A stretch of DNA of 64,000 nucleotides, taken from contig JBDHZC010000002.1 of the NCBI GenBank assembly GCA_039811685.1, forward strand, positions 64,001 to 128,000, in the 5' to 3' direction. This DNA is from Armatimonadota bacterium (GTDB lineage: Bacteria; Armatimonadota; UBA5829; DSUL01). Shown piece after piece: positions 49,932 through 60,149 of this stretch (positions are counted from its first letter, which is position 1; every line of letters starts with the position of its first letter). The position numbers and the translations under genes are program-made. The notes beneath the pieces were generated by a model. The model made no database searches and had not been told where the DNA came from. It was given only the letters and a program-made list of their open reading frames with translations.

Positions 49932-51365
49932 CTATCTTTCCTCCCGCGCCGCCAGCTTGAAATGATAACTGTGGACTTGATCGTCCGGACAATGCAGCTT
50001 CACAAAGAGGACTTTGGAAGCGGCGCGAACCACTTCAACCGCATCATCCGCACTAACGAGAGCTTCTGCGCCAGTCACCGGGGCATCCCACAAAACCAGG
50101 CCCAGTAGCTGAGACCCGTTCTGCGCGCCCGACGTGACGCTGAAATCAACCTCCAAAGCGCCGTCAGCGCTCTGGTAGCGCACCACTCCAAGAGCAGCCT
50201 GTGTTGGGGCAGAGTTTGGATACGGGGAGTTGTCTCCGAGATCACGGATGCGGGCCGCATAATCGTAGGCTTCGACGGCAAACGCGCCGCGCGATTTCAG
50301 AAAGCCCATCTGACAGGAGGAGTCCTGATAGAGCAGGCTCACATCGTTACGCGGCCGTCTGCCGTAGTCCTCAGACGCACCCGAAACCATCCCTTTCCGC
50401 CAGTCCAGATCACCGCATACGAACAGCGACTGCGGAGTCTGCGCGTGTTTCCTGCGGTAATAGGCCCACACCTCTGCATACGCAGCCTGCTTTACTCCCG
50501 GAGACTGCGCCAACTCGTGAAATCGCCTGAACATCCCGTCCAGCATCACGTCCTTGTCGTGCCCTTCGGTCTGGTAGTGGCGTGCTTCTTCGTTGATGTT
50601 CACCACGACAGTCTCGTTCCACGCCCTTTGCCTGGCTACTTCATCAATAAGCGCGACAGAGTACTTCAGCGCATCGGCCTCTGTATCGAACCCGCCCGCG
50701 TACTTTCGGTTGGCGTCCGCCGGGTCCAGTGAAAAGGTGGCCGGGTGCCCGTCAGCAAGGCAGGCTGTGATGTCGCGCGTCAACCATTCCAGCATTAGCA
50801 GAGACTGCGGATCGCCCTTTTGGGCTGCCGCTTTGGCGTTCCAGGGCGCTACGTAATAGGGATCGAACGGACAGCCCAGCCAGGTACTCTCATCTATGCC
50901 AAGTTGATGCCAGCAGCTTCCCGCCAGGTTGCGCGTCCAGGCAAAATCGTGCTCTGGGAGGCCCAGAATCGCGTTCAGGTCGTCTGGATAGAACTTCAGA
51001 CTCCAGAGCCCGTCCGGCGTAAAGCCAGCCTCCTGGCAGCGCTGATGAATCCACCGGAGAACTGCCGCTGTATCCATCTTGTCAACGCCATCCGGTGAGG
51101 TGGTAAGCTCCATTGTGACAAGAATGGAATCCCCGCCTGCTTTGTGCCGCAGGAGGTCAGGAAGCAATCCTTCGAGGTTCAGATACTCCTGATCGTTGAT
51201 GACCCATGAGACCGGCTGGCTGTGCTTCTCTGCGAAACGTTTGATCCGGCTTACGGCGTCTGGAAGGTCGTTGTTGTGTTCGTAGAGCGTCCCGGCTCGC
51301 GGATGCCCGGCATAGGTGAAACGCGACACAGGACAGGTGTAGGTCAGAAAAAGATCTCCAGAGAT
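49932..51365 (-). CDS. Hypothetical protein, possibly DUF3863-like / carbohydrate-active barrel
   Basis: Long ORF between the lipoprotein and epimerase genes; WHQLGID...GCPFDPYY...LEWLTRD segment; start uncertain (track gives 51464). Confidence 0.6.
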   Translation of the reverse strand: MSGDLFLTYTCPVSRFTYAGHPRAGTLYEHNNDLPDAVSRIKRFAEKHSQPVSWVINDQEYLNLEGLLPDLLRHKAGGDSILVTMELTTSPDGVDKMDTAAVLRWIHQRCQEAGFTPDGLWSLKFYPDDLNAILGLPEHDFAWTRNLAGSCWHQLGIDESTWLGCPFDPYYVAPWNAKAAAQKGDPQSLLMLEWLTRDITACLADGHPATFSLDPADANRKYAGGFDTEADALKYSVALIDEVARQRAWNETVVVNINEEARHYQTEGHDKDVMLDGMFRRFHELAQSPGVKQAAYAEVWAYYRRKHAQTPQSLFVCGDLDWRKGMVSGASEDYGRRPRNDVSLLYQDSSCQMGFLKSRGAFAVEAYDYAARIRDLGDNSPYPNSAPTQAALGVVRYQSADGALEVDFSVTSGAQNGSQLLGLVLWDAPVTGAEALVSADDAVEVVRAASKVLFVKLHCPDDQVHSYHFKLAAREER

Positions 51366-51378
51366 GGTGGCTACTCCC

Positions 51379-52065
51379 TTATTTTGTGAAACGGATGGAA
51401 TCGACGATCTGGTCCGCCTGCGCCAGCGCAGGTGAGTTTGGCTCGGCAACGCGGGTGATTTCATATCGTCCCGTTGCGGCCGGGGCTATTATGACGCGCA
51501 GAAGCTCATCCTTGCCCGCAAGCTGGCCTGTGTAGGTGGAGTATGCGGCTGATCCGGCTTTGAGCAAAGCTGTGCCTTCCTGAGCGGCTACTCCTGCAAA
51601 CTGCGTGTCTTTTGACTGGATATCCTGCGCGCCAAACTCCAGCCAGCCTGCGGTGACGTCGGATTTGACAGTTGGCACGCCGAGCACTTCAGGCTGTTGT
51701 TCCGGGCTGGTTTCCAGGTTGCTGGAGCCGGCCGGGGCGGGCGCCGTCGCCCCCGGCTGATAGCGGATCATAACATAAGGCGGACGCTGCTGCGCAGTTG
51801 AGCCGCTTCGCGTACCGGCCTGTTCCCACAGCACTACCGTGGTCTCGCCAGTCTTCGGATCCTCCACCTGAGGCGTGCTGTTAATCAGCCAGTCAGATGG
51901 ATAGGTTGCGGACATGTGGTACTGCGGGTTGCTCCACGTAGCCGCCGGAGCCTCTTGCGTAGAGGCGCCTTTCTTGCCACACCCGAAGCAGATTAGCGCT
52001 GCGGAGGTGATCAGACTAAAGGCGACAGCACTTCTGATTGTACGAAACTGATTGAGACTGCGCAT
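51379..52065 (-). CDS. Lipoprotein (PsbP-like fold possible)
   Basis: Lipobox-like CFG-C after a hydrophobic stretch; YPSDW and IVDSIRF motifs; GGAGAGG RBS. Confidence 0.7.
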   Translation of the reverse strand: MRSLNQFRTIRSAVAFSLITSAALICFGCGKKGASTQEAPAATWSNPQYHMSATYPSDWLINSTPQVEDPKTGETTVVLWEQAGTRSGSTAQQRPPYVMIRYQPGATAPAPAGSSNLETSPEQQPEVLGVPTVKSDVTAGWLEFGAQDIQSKDTQFAGVAAQEGTALLKAGSAAYSTYTGQLAGKDELLRVIIAPAATGRYEITRVAEPNSPALAQADQIVDSIRFTK

Positions 52066-52166
52066 TGTCCTCTCCAGACGACCAGGCTCAAAGCGAGAAC
52101 AGGTCACACGCAGTGTTCAATGCGCTGAGTGCGTTTCCCTGTCGCGCGGCTTGCGCCAGGCAACAG

Positions 52167-52198
52167 AAAAGGGAGCGCTCTCTTTCGATGGCGCTCCC
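52167..52198 (-). terminator. Intrinsic terminator
   Basis: GGGAGCGC...GCGCTCCC stem, followed by TTTT on the minus strand. Confidence 0.65.
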
Positions 52199-52226
52199 TC
52201 AAAACCTTGTATTGCTACGGTGCAGG

Positions 52227-53153
52227 CTACTTTGAGGCGACCTGTGACCACGTCGCCGCCCGGTAACCACCAAGCGTTATATCCATATCTCCGGACACGC
52301 CCTGCCCCATCACATTCATATTCAGAAACAGCGTCACTTTGACGTCCTGTCGCACCATCTCGCCGCTGTTGAGGCCAATCAGAATGCTGCCAGAGACGAG
52401 CGCATGAACTTCTCCACCCGCCGACCCCGCCGGGACGTTTACTGGCAGAGACGCGCCTTGCGCCAGAGACTCCGCTATCGCGGCGAAATCCGCCGATACG
52501 GAGCCTTCGCCGTCCACCAGTATCTTGACTACTGGCTCTCCACCGGCTTCCGTCACGTCAAACGGAGTATAGCTAAGCTGTCCGCTGAGCCTGGCTCCGG
52601 GCATGGGGATGTTGACATCACGGCGCAGCGAACGCCCAAGCTCCAGAACACCGTTTGGCGGCATCAGCTCGGCGGATGCGGCGGCAATCTGATCGTCTTT
52701 CGGTATCAGCATGGATATCGGCCCTTTGGTATTGGGCAGGCCGCTGATTTTGACCTTGCGCACATCGCCCTCCTGCGTCATAAACGCCGTTACGGAGGGC
52801 ATTTTCGGGACACGGGCGCGTTTGAGAGCGCTGGTCAAATCCTGCGTGACGCTTTTGCCTCCGACGTTTCCGTTAAACTGTCCAAAGGATAGCGAAGTAG
52901 TTACCGGGATCAATCCGTCCTTCAGATAGCCGTACTTCTGGATCTGGAACATTGACAGGCTCATCTTCAGCGGGACACTCCTGTCCTGCGCGCTGAGGCG
53001 ACTGTCCACTTTCACGTACTGCTTGAATTTGCTTGTCTTGCCCTGCTGCGCCACTGCCGCGACCGGAACGCTGAGCAATTCACCGGCCATGAGCGACCCG
53101 CAGGACGCCATCAGCACAAGGCCAAGTGTCACAAGACGGATATGATTCTTCAC
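52227..53153 (-). CDS. Secreted hypothetical beta-rich protein
   Basis: GAGGAG RBS, GTG start, signal peptide. Confidence 0.7.
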   Translation of the reverse strand: MKNHIRLVTLGLVLMASCGSLMAGELLSVPVAAVAQQGKTSKFKQYVKVDSRLSAQDRSVPLKMSLSMFQIQKYGYLKDGLIPVTTSLSFGQFNGNVGGKSVTQDLTSALKRARVPKMPSVTAFMTQEGDVRKVKISGLPNTKGPISMLIPKDDQIAAASAELMPPNGVLELGRSLRRDVNIPMPGARLSGQLSYTPFDVTEAGGEPVVKILVDGEGSVSADFAAIAESLAQGASLPVNVPAGSAGGEVHALVSGSILIGLNSGEMVRQDVKVTLFLNMNVMGQGVSGDMDITLGGYRAATWSQVASK

Positions 53154-53504
53154 GGTAGGTCTCCTCAGATGAGCTTATGCGAGAGCCGCCTCGCAGCCAC
53201 ACTTCACCCGGAGCGGGCTGGTGGAGCCGGCCTTTCCCGGACTGCACCGCTCCGATTTGCGCGCAGGGCACTTCAGAAGTTCATGGACACCTGCTGAAGA
53301 GCTTGTGCCACACCGCATCCACGCTGAATACCCGTCAAAATACGAGGTGCGCAGAGGAAGGGCAGGTCAACTAATGCGCATAAGTACAGTTTACAGCAGG
53401 TGACGGCCCGCGCGGGTGCGAACACCTTTAGCATAAAGTTTTGACGGTCGCGAGTAGTTCGGTGAACTCACCGGCCGCAATGTGTCCAGCAGAGGAGCTC
53501 AGAC

Positions 53505-54794
53505 ATGATAGACAGCAAACCACAGGAAAAACTCGCAGTTCTCGGCGGGACCCCGATCATCAACGAAAAGCTGCCGGGATGGCCGTGGTTTCGCGAAGAC
53601 TGGATCAAAGCAGCAATGCAGCCGCTGGAGACTGGCGCGGTAAATTACTGGACCGGCAGCGTTGGGCACCGTTTCGAAGAAGAGTGGGCCAAATGGAACG
53701 GCGCAAAGTATGCCATTACGACCACTAACGGCACCAGCGCGCTTCACACGGCAGTAGCGGCGCTTGGAATCGGCCCGGGAGACGAGGTGATAGTCCCTTC
53801 CTACACCTTCATCGCAAGCTCGTTTTGCGTCGTGCAGGCGGGCGCCATTCCGGTATTCGCCGACTGCAGACTGGACGACCACTGCCTGGACCCTGCAGAC
53901 GTTGAGAAGAAGATCACCTCACGCACCAAAGCAGTAATCGTTGTGCACCTGTATGGCATTGTCGCAGACATGGACGGAATTCTGAATGTGGCGCGCAGGC
54001 ACAATCTCAAGGTCATTGAAGACTGCGCTCAGGCGCACGGCGCGACCTTCAAGGGCAGAAAGGTTGGGACGATTGGTGACGTCGGCGCTTTCAGCTTCTG
54101 CCAGAGCAAACACATTACGACTGGTGGCGAAGGCGGGGCCGTAATCACAGATGACGAAGAGACAGCGTGGGCGTGCCGCTCCTTCCGCGATCACGGTTAC
54201 GACGTCGAAAAGCGAATGAACCTGCTGGAGATGGAAGGAACAAAGCCCTACATCCATACGCGCGTTGGTTTCAACTACAGGATGACGGAGATGCAGTCCG
54301 CTATCGGGCTGGCTCAGCTTCCAGATTTTGAAAGCTGGAATATCGCAGCCCGCCGCCGCAACGGGAAAGCTCTGATTGAAGAACTCAAGGACTGTCCTCA
54401 AATTCAGTGGGTTCCGGAGTTTACAGCGGACAAAAATCACAGCTTCTTTGTCTTTCCGATTGCACTCAACCTCGAGAAGCTCTCCTGCGACAAGAAAGAG
54501 TTTCTCAAGGCTGTTGAGGCAGAAGGAGCCCCGGTCTGGCGCGAGTTCTGGCCACAGTGTTACCGGGAAGACGCCTACATTCACCACAACGGTTTTGGCG
54601 CTGCCCGATTCCCGTTTGAATCTGCCGAGTACACGGACCCGGCGTCTGTCGCGTATGATAAAGTCCTGTGCAAGAACTCAGCCTATCTGGAAGAGCGCAC
54701 ATTCATCGCATTGTGTCATCCACGCCTGGAGGAGGGCCAGATGCGCCAGATCGCCAGGGCGATAAAGAAGGTTGCCGCCCACTTTGCAAAATAG
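53505..54794 (+). CDS. DegT/DnrJ/EryC1/StrS PLP aminotransferase
   Basis: NGTSALH, GDEVIVP, EDCAQAHG, SFCQSKH, GEGGA, GFNYRM. Confidence 0.95.
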   Translation: MIDSKPQEKLAVLGGTPIINEKLPGWPWFREDWIKAAMQPLETGAVNYWTGSVGHRFEEEWAKWNGAKYAITTTNGTSALHTAVAALGIGPGDEVIVPSYTFIASSFCVVQAGAIPVFADCRLDDHCLDPADVEKKITSRTKAVIVVHLYGIVADMDGILNVARRHNLKVIEDCAQAHGATFKGRKVGTIGDVGAFSFCQSKHITTGGEGGAVITDDEETAWACRSFRDHGYDVEKRMNLLEMEGTKPYIHTRVGFNYRMTEMQSAIGLAQLPDFESWNIAARRRNGKALIEELKDCPQIQWVPEFTADKNHSFFVFPIALNLEKLSCDKKEFLKAVEAEGAPVWREFWPQCYREDAYIHHNGFGAARFPFESAEYTDPASVAYDKVLCKNSAYLEERTFIALCHPRLEEGQMRQIARAIKKVAAHFAK

Positions 54795-54806
54795 GAGGCC
54801 GCTGCT

Positions 54807-55856
54807 GTGAAAAAGCTACGCTGGGGAGTTATCGGCATAGGCGGAATCGCATCGCGCAAGGTGGTTCCGGAGATTCAGGAGCATGCGGCGCGCTCGGAAG
54901 TGGTGGCGGTATGCGGGAGAGATGCGGATCGCACCAAGGAGTTGGCCTCAAAGCTTGGCATTGACAGCTTCTGTACATCGGAAGACGAGCTTCTGAAGAG
55001 CTCGGATGTGGACGCGGTGTACATCGCCACTCCAAACAATCAGCACAAGATCCAGGCCGTTGCTGCGGCCCGGGCGGGAAAGCACATTCTGTGCGAAAAG
55101 CCGCTGGCGACTTCCGTATCTGATGCACAGGAGATGGCGCGGGCAGCCAGAGACGCAGGCGTAACGCTGGGAGTGGCGTATATGATGCGCTTCCACTCAC
55201 TCCACCGCAAAGCCCGCGAGCTTGTGCGTTCCGGCCAGCTTGGAACGCCGGTGTATGGGCGAGCGCAGCTTTCGTGCTGGTATCCGAAGATGGAAGGCGC
55301 GTGGAGACAGATACTCTCGGAAGGGGGAGGAGGGAGTCTGGCTGATCTTGGCAGTCACTGCATGGATCTTCTGGAGTTTGTCTTTGAATCTCCAGTCCGC
55401 GAGGTCTGCTCTTTTCAGGCGACGCTGGCACAGGACTACAGCGTGGAGGATTCGGCAGTGGCTCTGCTGCGCTTTGAAAATGGCGCGCTAGGCACGGTGG
55501 ACTGTTGCTTCAGCGTGCCGGATGACTCTTCGCGCAACCGTCTGGAGATCTATGGCTCGGCTGGCAGCCTTCTAGCCGAAGGCACGATCGGGCAGAGCCC
55601 GCTCGGCAGGATGACTGCCTGCTTCTCGCCACAGACGGACTACGACGCAAACCAGAGCCGCCAGACGCAGCAGGGAACTGTGGAGATCCACGAGTCGCCC
55701 ACCCCGATGTACGCAGCGGAGTTTGACCACTTCGCCGCAGCCGTTCTGGATGAGAAACCGCTGGAAATATCTGAAGAGGAAGGCTTGCGCAGCATGCGGC
55801 TTCTGGAGGCCTGCTACCGCTCCGCCAGAGAAAGCACGGTGGTGAAACTGTCTTGA
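54807..55856 (+). CDS. Gfo/Idh/MocA NAD-dependent oxidoreductase
   Basis: GIGGIA, YIATPN..H, CEKP, GGGSLADLGSH. Confidence 0.95.
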   Translation: MKKLRWGVIGIGGIASRKVVPEIQEHAARSEVVAVCGRDADRTKELASKLGIDSFCTSEDELLKSSDVDAVYIATPNNQHKIQAVAAARAGKHILCEKPLATSVSDAQEMARAARDAGVTLGVAYMMRFHSLHRKARELVRSGQLGTPVYGRAQLSCWYPKMEGAWRQILSEGGGGSLADLGSHCMDLLEFVFESPVREVCSFQATLAQDYSVEDSAVALLRFENGALGTVDCCFSVPDDSSRNRLEIYGSAGSLLAEGTIGQSPLGRMTACFSPQTDYDANQSRQTQQGTVEIHESPTPMYAAEFDHFAAAVLDEKPLEISEEEGLRSMRLLEACYRSARESTVVKLS

Positions 55857-57199
55857 GCGACTGGTTGGCTGGCGCGGCAGAAGTAGTGATCACCCCGCCC
55901 GTTGGGGAGCCGATGGCGGGCTATTTTCAGCCTCGCTTCACCGCTGGGGTCCATGACGATCTTTACGCAAGGGCATTGGTTCTGCAATGTGAAGACCGCA
56001 GAGTTGCCCTGGTCTCTATGGACCTCATTTCGATCCAGCGGGTGGCAGTTGAAGAAGCGCGGCGCATTATCGAGCGCTCCTGTAACATCTCACCAGAGTG
56101 CGTGATGGTGTGCTGCTCACACACGCACACTGGCCCGTACACCTCGGAGTTGTATTCCGGGGAGCTGTCGCTGGCCTACAGGCAGAGCTTGCCTGGCCAC
56201 ATCGCTGAGGTAGTGGAGAAGGCCACTGCGAACCTCGGCCCGGCGAATATTACGCTGGCAACCAGCGAAGTTCACGGGATTTCATTCAACCGCCGTTACC
56301 TGCTGAAGGACGGGCAATTCCGAACAAATCCGGGGATTGGCAATCCGGACATTGTGCGGGCGCTCGGCCCGGTGGACCCCGAGTTGGGTCTGTTGAAAGT
56401 GGATCGCCCGGATGGCGAAGTTGCCGCGCTCTGGATCAACTTTGCAGTCCATGCGGACGTCATGGGAGGTGAGGAGTTCTCCGCGGACTACCCCGGCGCT
56501 CTTTCCCGGAAGCTGAAACAGAACTACTCACAGACGACTGTCGCTTTGTTTGCCAACGGCGCCTGCGGAGATGTGAACCACTTTGACGTATATGGACCTG
56601 CGGAACAGAACGGCCCGAATCAGGTAGAGAAAATTGCGCAGGCGCTTGTTGGCGGAACTCTGAAAGCCTGCGAGACCGCAGACAAAGTAGGACCTGGACT
56701 GGAAGGACACTCTGCTGTCTTACAGATTCCAATCCGTGGGCTCACAGCAAAGGAAGAAGAACGCTGCCGTCGTCTTCTTGAGGAGATTTCGCTTCCGGAG
56801 GACGGTCCCGCTCTGAAAAGCGAAGACATCGGAAAGACGCCTGCAACGGACGCTGTGTTTGCATCGGCCGCTCTGAAAGTGCAGGAGGAGCGCAAAGTCA
56901 GTCCGACTGCTCCTGTGGAAGTGCAGGTTATCCGCATAGGACGGGTAAAGATTGTCGCGCTGCCAGTTGAGCTGTTTTCAGAGCTGGGTCTGGAGATCAA
57001 GCGCAACGCACCGGATGCGTCCGTCTTCATCGCCTGCTACGCGAACGGTATCTTCGGTTACGTCCCCACCCGGCGAGCCTTCCAGCAAGGCGGCTATGAG
57101 ACCATGCTTACCAGCAACAGCAAACTCGAAGAGTCAGCTGGGGAGCGGATCGTGGCAGAAGCGCTGCATCTGCTGAAAAAGACACAGCCTTGTAGCTGA
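55853..57199 (+). CDS. Neutral/alkaline ceramidase-like amidohydrolase
   Basis: HDDLYARAL, SHTHTGP, NRR, NFAVH, GACGD, PVELF, GYVPT...GGYE. Confidence 0.85.
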   Translation: MSDWLAGAAEVVITPPVGEPMAGYFQPRFTAGVHDDLYARALVLQCEDRRVALVSMDLISIQRVAVEEARRIIERSCNISPECVMVCCSHTHTGPYTSELYSGELSLAYRQSLPGHIAEVVEKATANLGPANITLATSEVHGISFNRRYLLKDGQFRTNPGIGNPDIVRALGPVDPELGLLKVDRPDGEVAALWINFAVHADVMGGEEFSADYPGALSRKLKQNYSQTTVALFANGACGDVNHFDVYGPAEQNGPNQVEKIAQALVGGTLKACETADKVGPGLEGHSAVLQIPIRGLTAKEEERCRRLLEEISLPEDGPALKSEDIGKTPATDAVFASAALKVQEERKVSPTAPVEVQVIRIGRVKIVALPVELFSELGLEIKRNAPDASVFIACYANGIFGYVPTRRAFQQGGYETMLTSNSKLEESAGERIVAEALHLLKKTQPCS

Positions 57200-57235
57200 A
57201 AGCTCATTTCCGGCAAGAACCCGCTCACCCGAGCG

Positions 57236-59887
57236 CTAAGGCTCCACAATCAGGGTGACAATCTCACGCGGTCCGGCGCTGACGGCAATCCGGCCTTCGT
57301 TCACAGGCAATTCCTCCAGACGCTCCTCAAGCATGTTCGAGCGCCACGCCTTTTTGCCGCATCTCACCATCACTTCGCCTTCGACACGCTCTTCCAGCAC
57401 ATTCCAGAAGCGCACAACAGCCGCGTTGCCATTCTCCTCTTTCTTGAGGGCGCTTGGACACAGAGTATCCGGCACAATATGCACGAACGACATCTCCAGA
57501 GGCAGCTTTTTCTCCACGGGCTCAATAGACCTGGCGCGGTCAATATCGCCAACCTGTACCGCAATCATTGGTGTCTGATAGTTGAGAGCCTCCTTCCAAA
57601 CTTTCGCCTGCTTCCAGTCCCCGTTGTGCGGGTACACAGCGTACCGCGCGTGTTGCTCACCCAGGCACTGCGCGTCCGGCGCCCGTTGGACGTGCGGAAT
57701 GTCTCCGGTCCCGGAAAGAATGCCAACTGAACGTAAAATCGTTATGGCCAGCGTACGGTTGTGGTCGTCATAGAGTTCGTATTCGCGCAGACCGTCCACG
57801 AATACCGCCAGTCCCTGCTCGCCATTTGAAACATCCACCCAGCCATCCATTGGGTGGAAAGTGGCTGCGCCTGTCCAGTCCTCTGGCAGATGCAGGGGAC
57901 GTTCAACTACATCGAAGGCACTCCCAGCTACGGAATGAGTCGCGCCTTCAGCCTCCGATGGGAAAATGGCGCGCAGGCGGTGGTCTTTTGCATTGTTCTG
58001 AATTGTGGCCTCGAACTCGACGCGTGGCACGTTGTCATAGACACGAGCTGTCAGAGTAATCGGACAGTCCGCAGTGCGCTGTGAGCGCTCGCGCTGGTCG
58101 GGCGTGGCGGACTCCGGGAGATCCAGGACATAGCGCATTTGCAGCTCTCCGGAAGATGGGCCTGTGAAGTTCACCTGAGTCTGGCGCAAAGCTGCGGCGC
58201 TCGTCACAATCTGATCTCTGTCCGGCTTGCGGTAGTTGTATTCGTCACCGACATCTCCGCTGTCTTCGAAAGCAGAAAGGTGTGTCAGCAACACTTCCTC
58301 GTTACCTGTCAGGCTAAGTTGAAGGCCTCCGTCGGCTATATCGCTTACGGCGACGTCAAGCAGTCCCCCTGACAACCCGAAACACCCGCGGCATTCACTG
58401 GCCACAGTAGATGGCGCCTGCGGCGGACGCTCGGCGCGTCGAACGCTGTAGGCGCTGAAGCCCATCGGCGGCACCTCACGCGCAATGAACTGCACTTCAA
58501 AGCGGCGCACCCACTGTACCATTGGTAGTTTCTCAGGGTGGATTTCCGGCCGAGCAACCTTCTGGCTGGACAGCAGGGTGTAGGGGACGCTTTCACCAGA
58601 GGGAGAGATAATCTCCAGCGCCGGCCAGTCGAGCCCCGGGTCCTGAGCTGGGTTTGCCCGGTCTGGCTCTCCGAGCGGCACGTCAACGGTGGCAGTGACC
58701 ACGTCGGTGCGCGCCCAGGTAAGTGTGTTGAATACAACTAAGGCGAGACCGTCCACGTTGACGCGATTAGCGATATGCGATAGCGCCCGGTCACGCAACT
58801 CACCTGCAAGCTGCTCAACGCGGTCGAAACGCGGCATCATCTCCGAGTGAACTTCGTCTGTGGAGCATCCGCAAATCGAGTCGTGTGGGTGGTTTTCCAT
58901 CAGCAGCTTCCACGCGTACTCAAGCTCACCCTGAGGGTACTTCATCTTTGCGCACATCGCCCACAGTGAAGCAGGCTCAACGTATTTTTCAAGAAGGCGC
59001 ATGCAGCGCTCGTTCGCTTGCTTGAGGTAGATGCGGCTGGATAAAACGCCAGCCAGCACGCTGCCACGCCTATCCTCGCGAAGCTCCCCACGTATCGTCT
59101 CCAGGCGGCCGTCCTTCAGATCACCGCGCAGAGCCTCAACATAATCTGGCAATCGGCTGTGAATGACGCGGTGAGGGGAGTTTTCGAGAGCTTTCAGAGC
59201 TCTGGACAGATCGTATTGCGCTTCGAGATGGTCCACCCCGTTCATGAGAAGCAGATGACCCGATTCCGAAACTGGCCCCATTGCCTTGACAAGGCCATCT
59301 ACCATCTCAAGCGCCGCCTGTGGTGACGCGGGAATGTGTTGAGCGTTGTTGTACCAGAGCGCCATCAGGCTGCTGAGCGCTTCTGATCCGTCCGGACTCT
59401 GCCAGATAAACTCCATCTTGCGCTCGCCCGCCAACTGCAGACCCCGTCCAAAAATACAGTTGTCTATTCCAAAATTGCGCAGGATCTGCGGCATCTGAGA
59501 GATGTTTCCAAACTGATCAGGCAGATAACCCACCTTCATCACCTGTCCGAAACATCCCACGACCTTGTGCCCCAGGAGAAGACTGCGCACTGTGGACTCG
59601 CCACTGACCAGAAACTCATCATTCAGGACGTACCACGGCCCTATAGTGATGCGCCCCTGACTGATGAGAGAGCGCAGGCGCTCTTCGTTCTCAGGCCGAA
59701 TCTTCAGATAGTCTTCAAGAATGATCCCCTGCCCGTCCAGGTTGAAATAGCGGAAATCCGCGTCGGCTTCCATGAGATCAAGCAGGCGGTCAATCAGATC
59801 GACCAGCCGAAGGCGGAAGCGCTCATACGTCAGGTACCACTCTCTGTCCCAGTGGGTGTGTGAAATCACGTGGCAGGTGTAGCTCAT
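57236..59887 (-). CDS. GH38 alpha-mannosidase (MngB-like)
   Basis: HTHWDREW, LDGQ, GYLPDQFG, GVDH, HDSICG. Confidence 0.93.
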   Translation of the reverse strand: MSYTCHVISHTHWDREWYLTYERFRLRLVDLIDRLLDLMEADADFRYFNLDGQGIILEDYLKIRPENEERLRSLISQGRITIGPWYVLNDEFLVSGESTVRSLLLGHKVVGCFGQVMKVGYLPDQFGNISQMPQILRNFGIDNCIFGRGLQLAGERKMEFIWQSPDGSEALSSLMALWYNNAQHIPASPQAALEMVDGLVKAMGPVSESGHLLLMNGVDHLEAQYDLSRALKALENSPHRVIHSRLPDYVEALRGDLKDGRLETIRGELREDRRGSVLAGVLSSRIYLKQANERCMRLLEKYVEPASLWAMCAKMKYPQGELEYAWKLLMENHPHDSICGCSTDEVHSEMMPRFDRVEQLAGELRDRALSHIANRVNVDGLALVVFNTLTWARTDVVTATVDVPLGEPDRANPAQDPGLDWPALEIISPSGESVPYTLLSSQKVARPEIHPEKLPMVQWVRRFEVQFIAREVPPMGFSAYSVRRAERPPQAPSTVASECRGCFGLSGGLLDVAVSDIADGGLQLSLTGNEEVLLTHLSAFEDSGDVGDEYNYRKPDRDQIVTSAAALRQTQVNFTGPSSGELQMRYVLDLPESATPDQRERSQRTADCPITLTARVYDNVPRVEFEATIQNNAKDHRLRAIFPSEAEGATHSVAGSAFDVVERPLHLPEDWTGAATFHPMDGWVDVSNGEQGLAVFVDGLREYELYDDHNRTLAITILRSVGILSGTGDIPHVQRAPDAQCLGEQHARYAVYPHNGDWKQAKVWKEALNYQTPMIAVQVGDIDRARSIEPVEKKLPLEMSFVHIVPDTLCPSALKKEENGNAAVVRFWNVLEERVEGEVMVRCGKKAWRSNMLEERLEELPVNEGRIAVSAGPREIVTLIVEP

Positions 59888-59997
59888 AAGTGCGGTGTCT
59901 CCTCGAGGTCTCTACAGACGGGAAGCTTCCTCACAGGGTGTCACATTCCCTGCGGCGCGATGACTCAGCAGGATTTTGACAACCCTTCGAAAATCTA

Positions 59998-60026
59998 TTG
60001 ACAGCCTTTGCGCGGCGTGGTACTCT
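59998..60026 (+). promoter_or_regulatory. Sigma70 promoter upstream of nrdR
   Basis: TTGACA-N17-TACTCT with an extended -10 TG. Confidence 0.6.
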
Positions 60027-60149
60027 AGCGCGGTTTTGTTCGTACTGTCATAACTTGCGCATAATCCATACACATGCAGTTGTGATTCTGTGTGCGGCTG
60101 TTCTGGGAACCTACCTGAAAGCGCACCAGTACGAAAGGCGGCCTGGCGA

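Noticed and set aside
53154..53504. Hairpins in the divergent region before the DegT gene
   Set aside because: Imperfect GC stems with no recognisable motif; consistent with chance
60071..60085. Possible NrdR box ACACATGCAGTTGTG upstream of nrdR
   Set aside because: Only the CAC-N8-GTG frame matches; the AT-rich core does not, and there is no tandem copy
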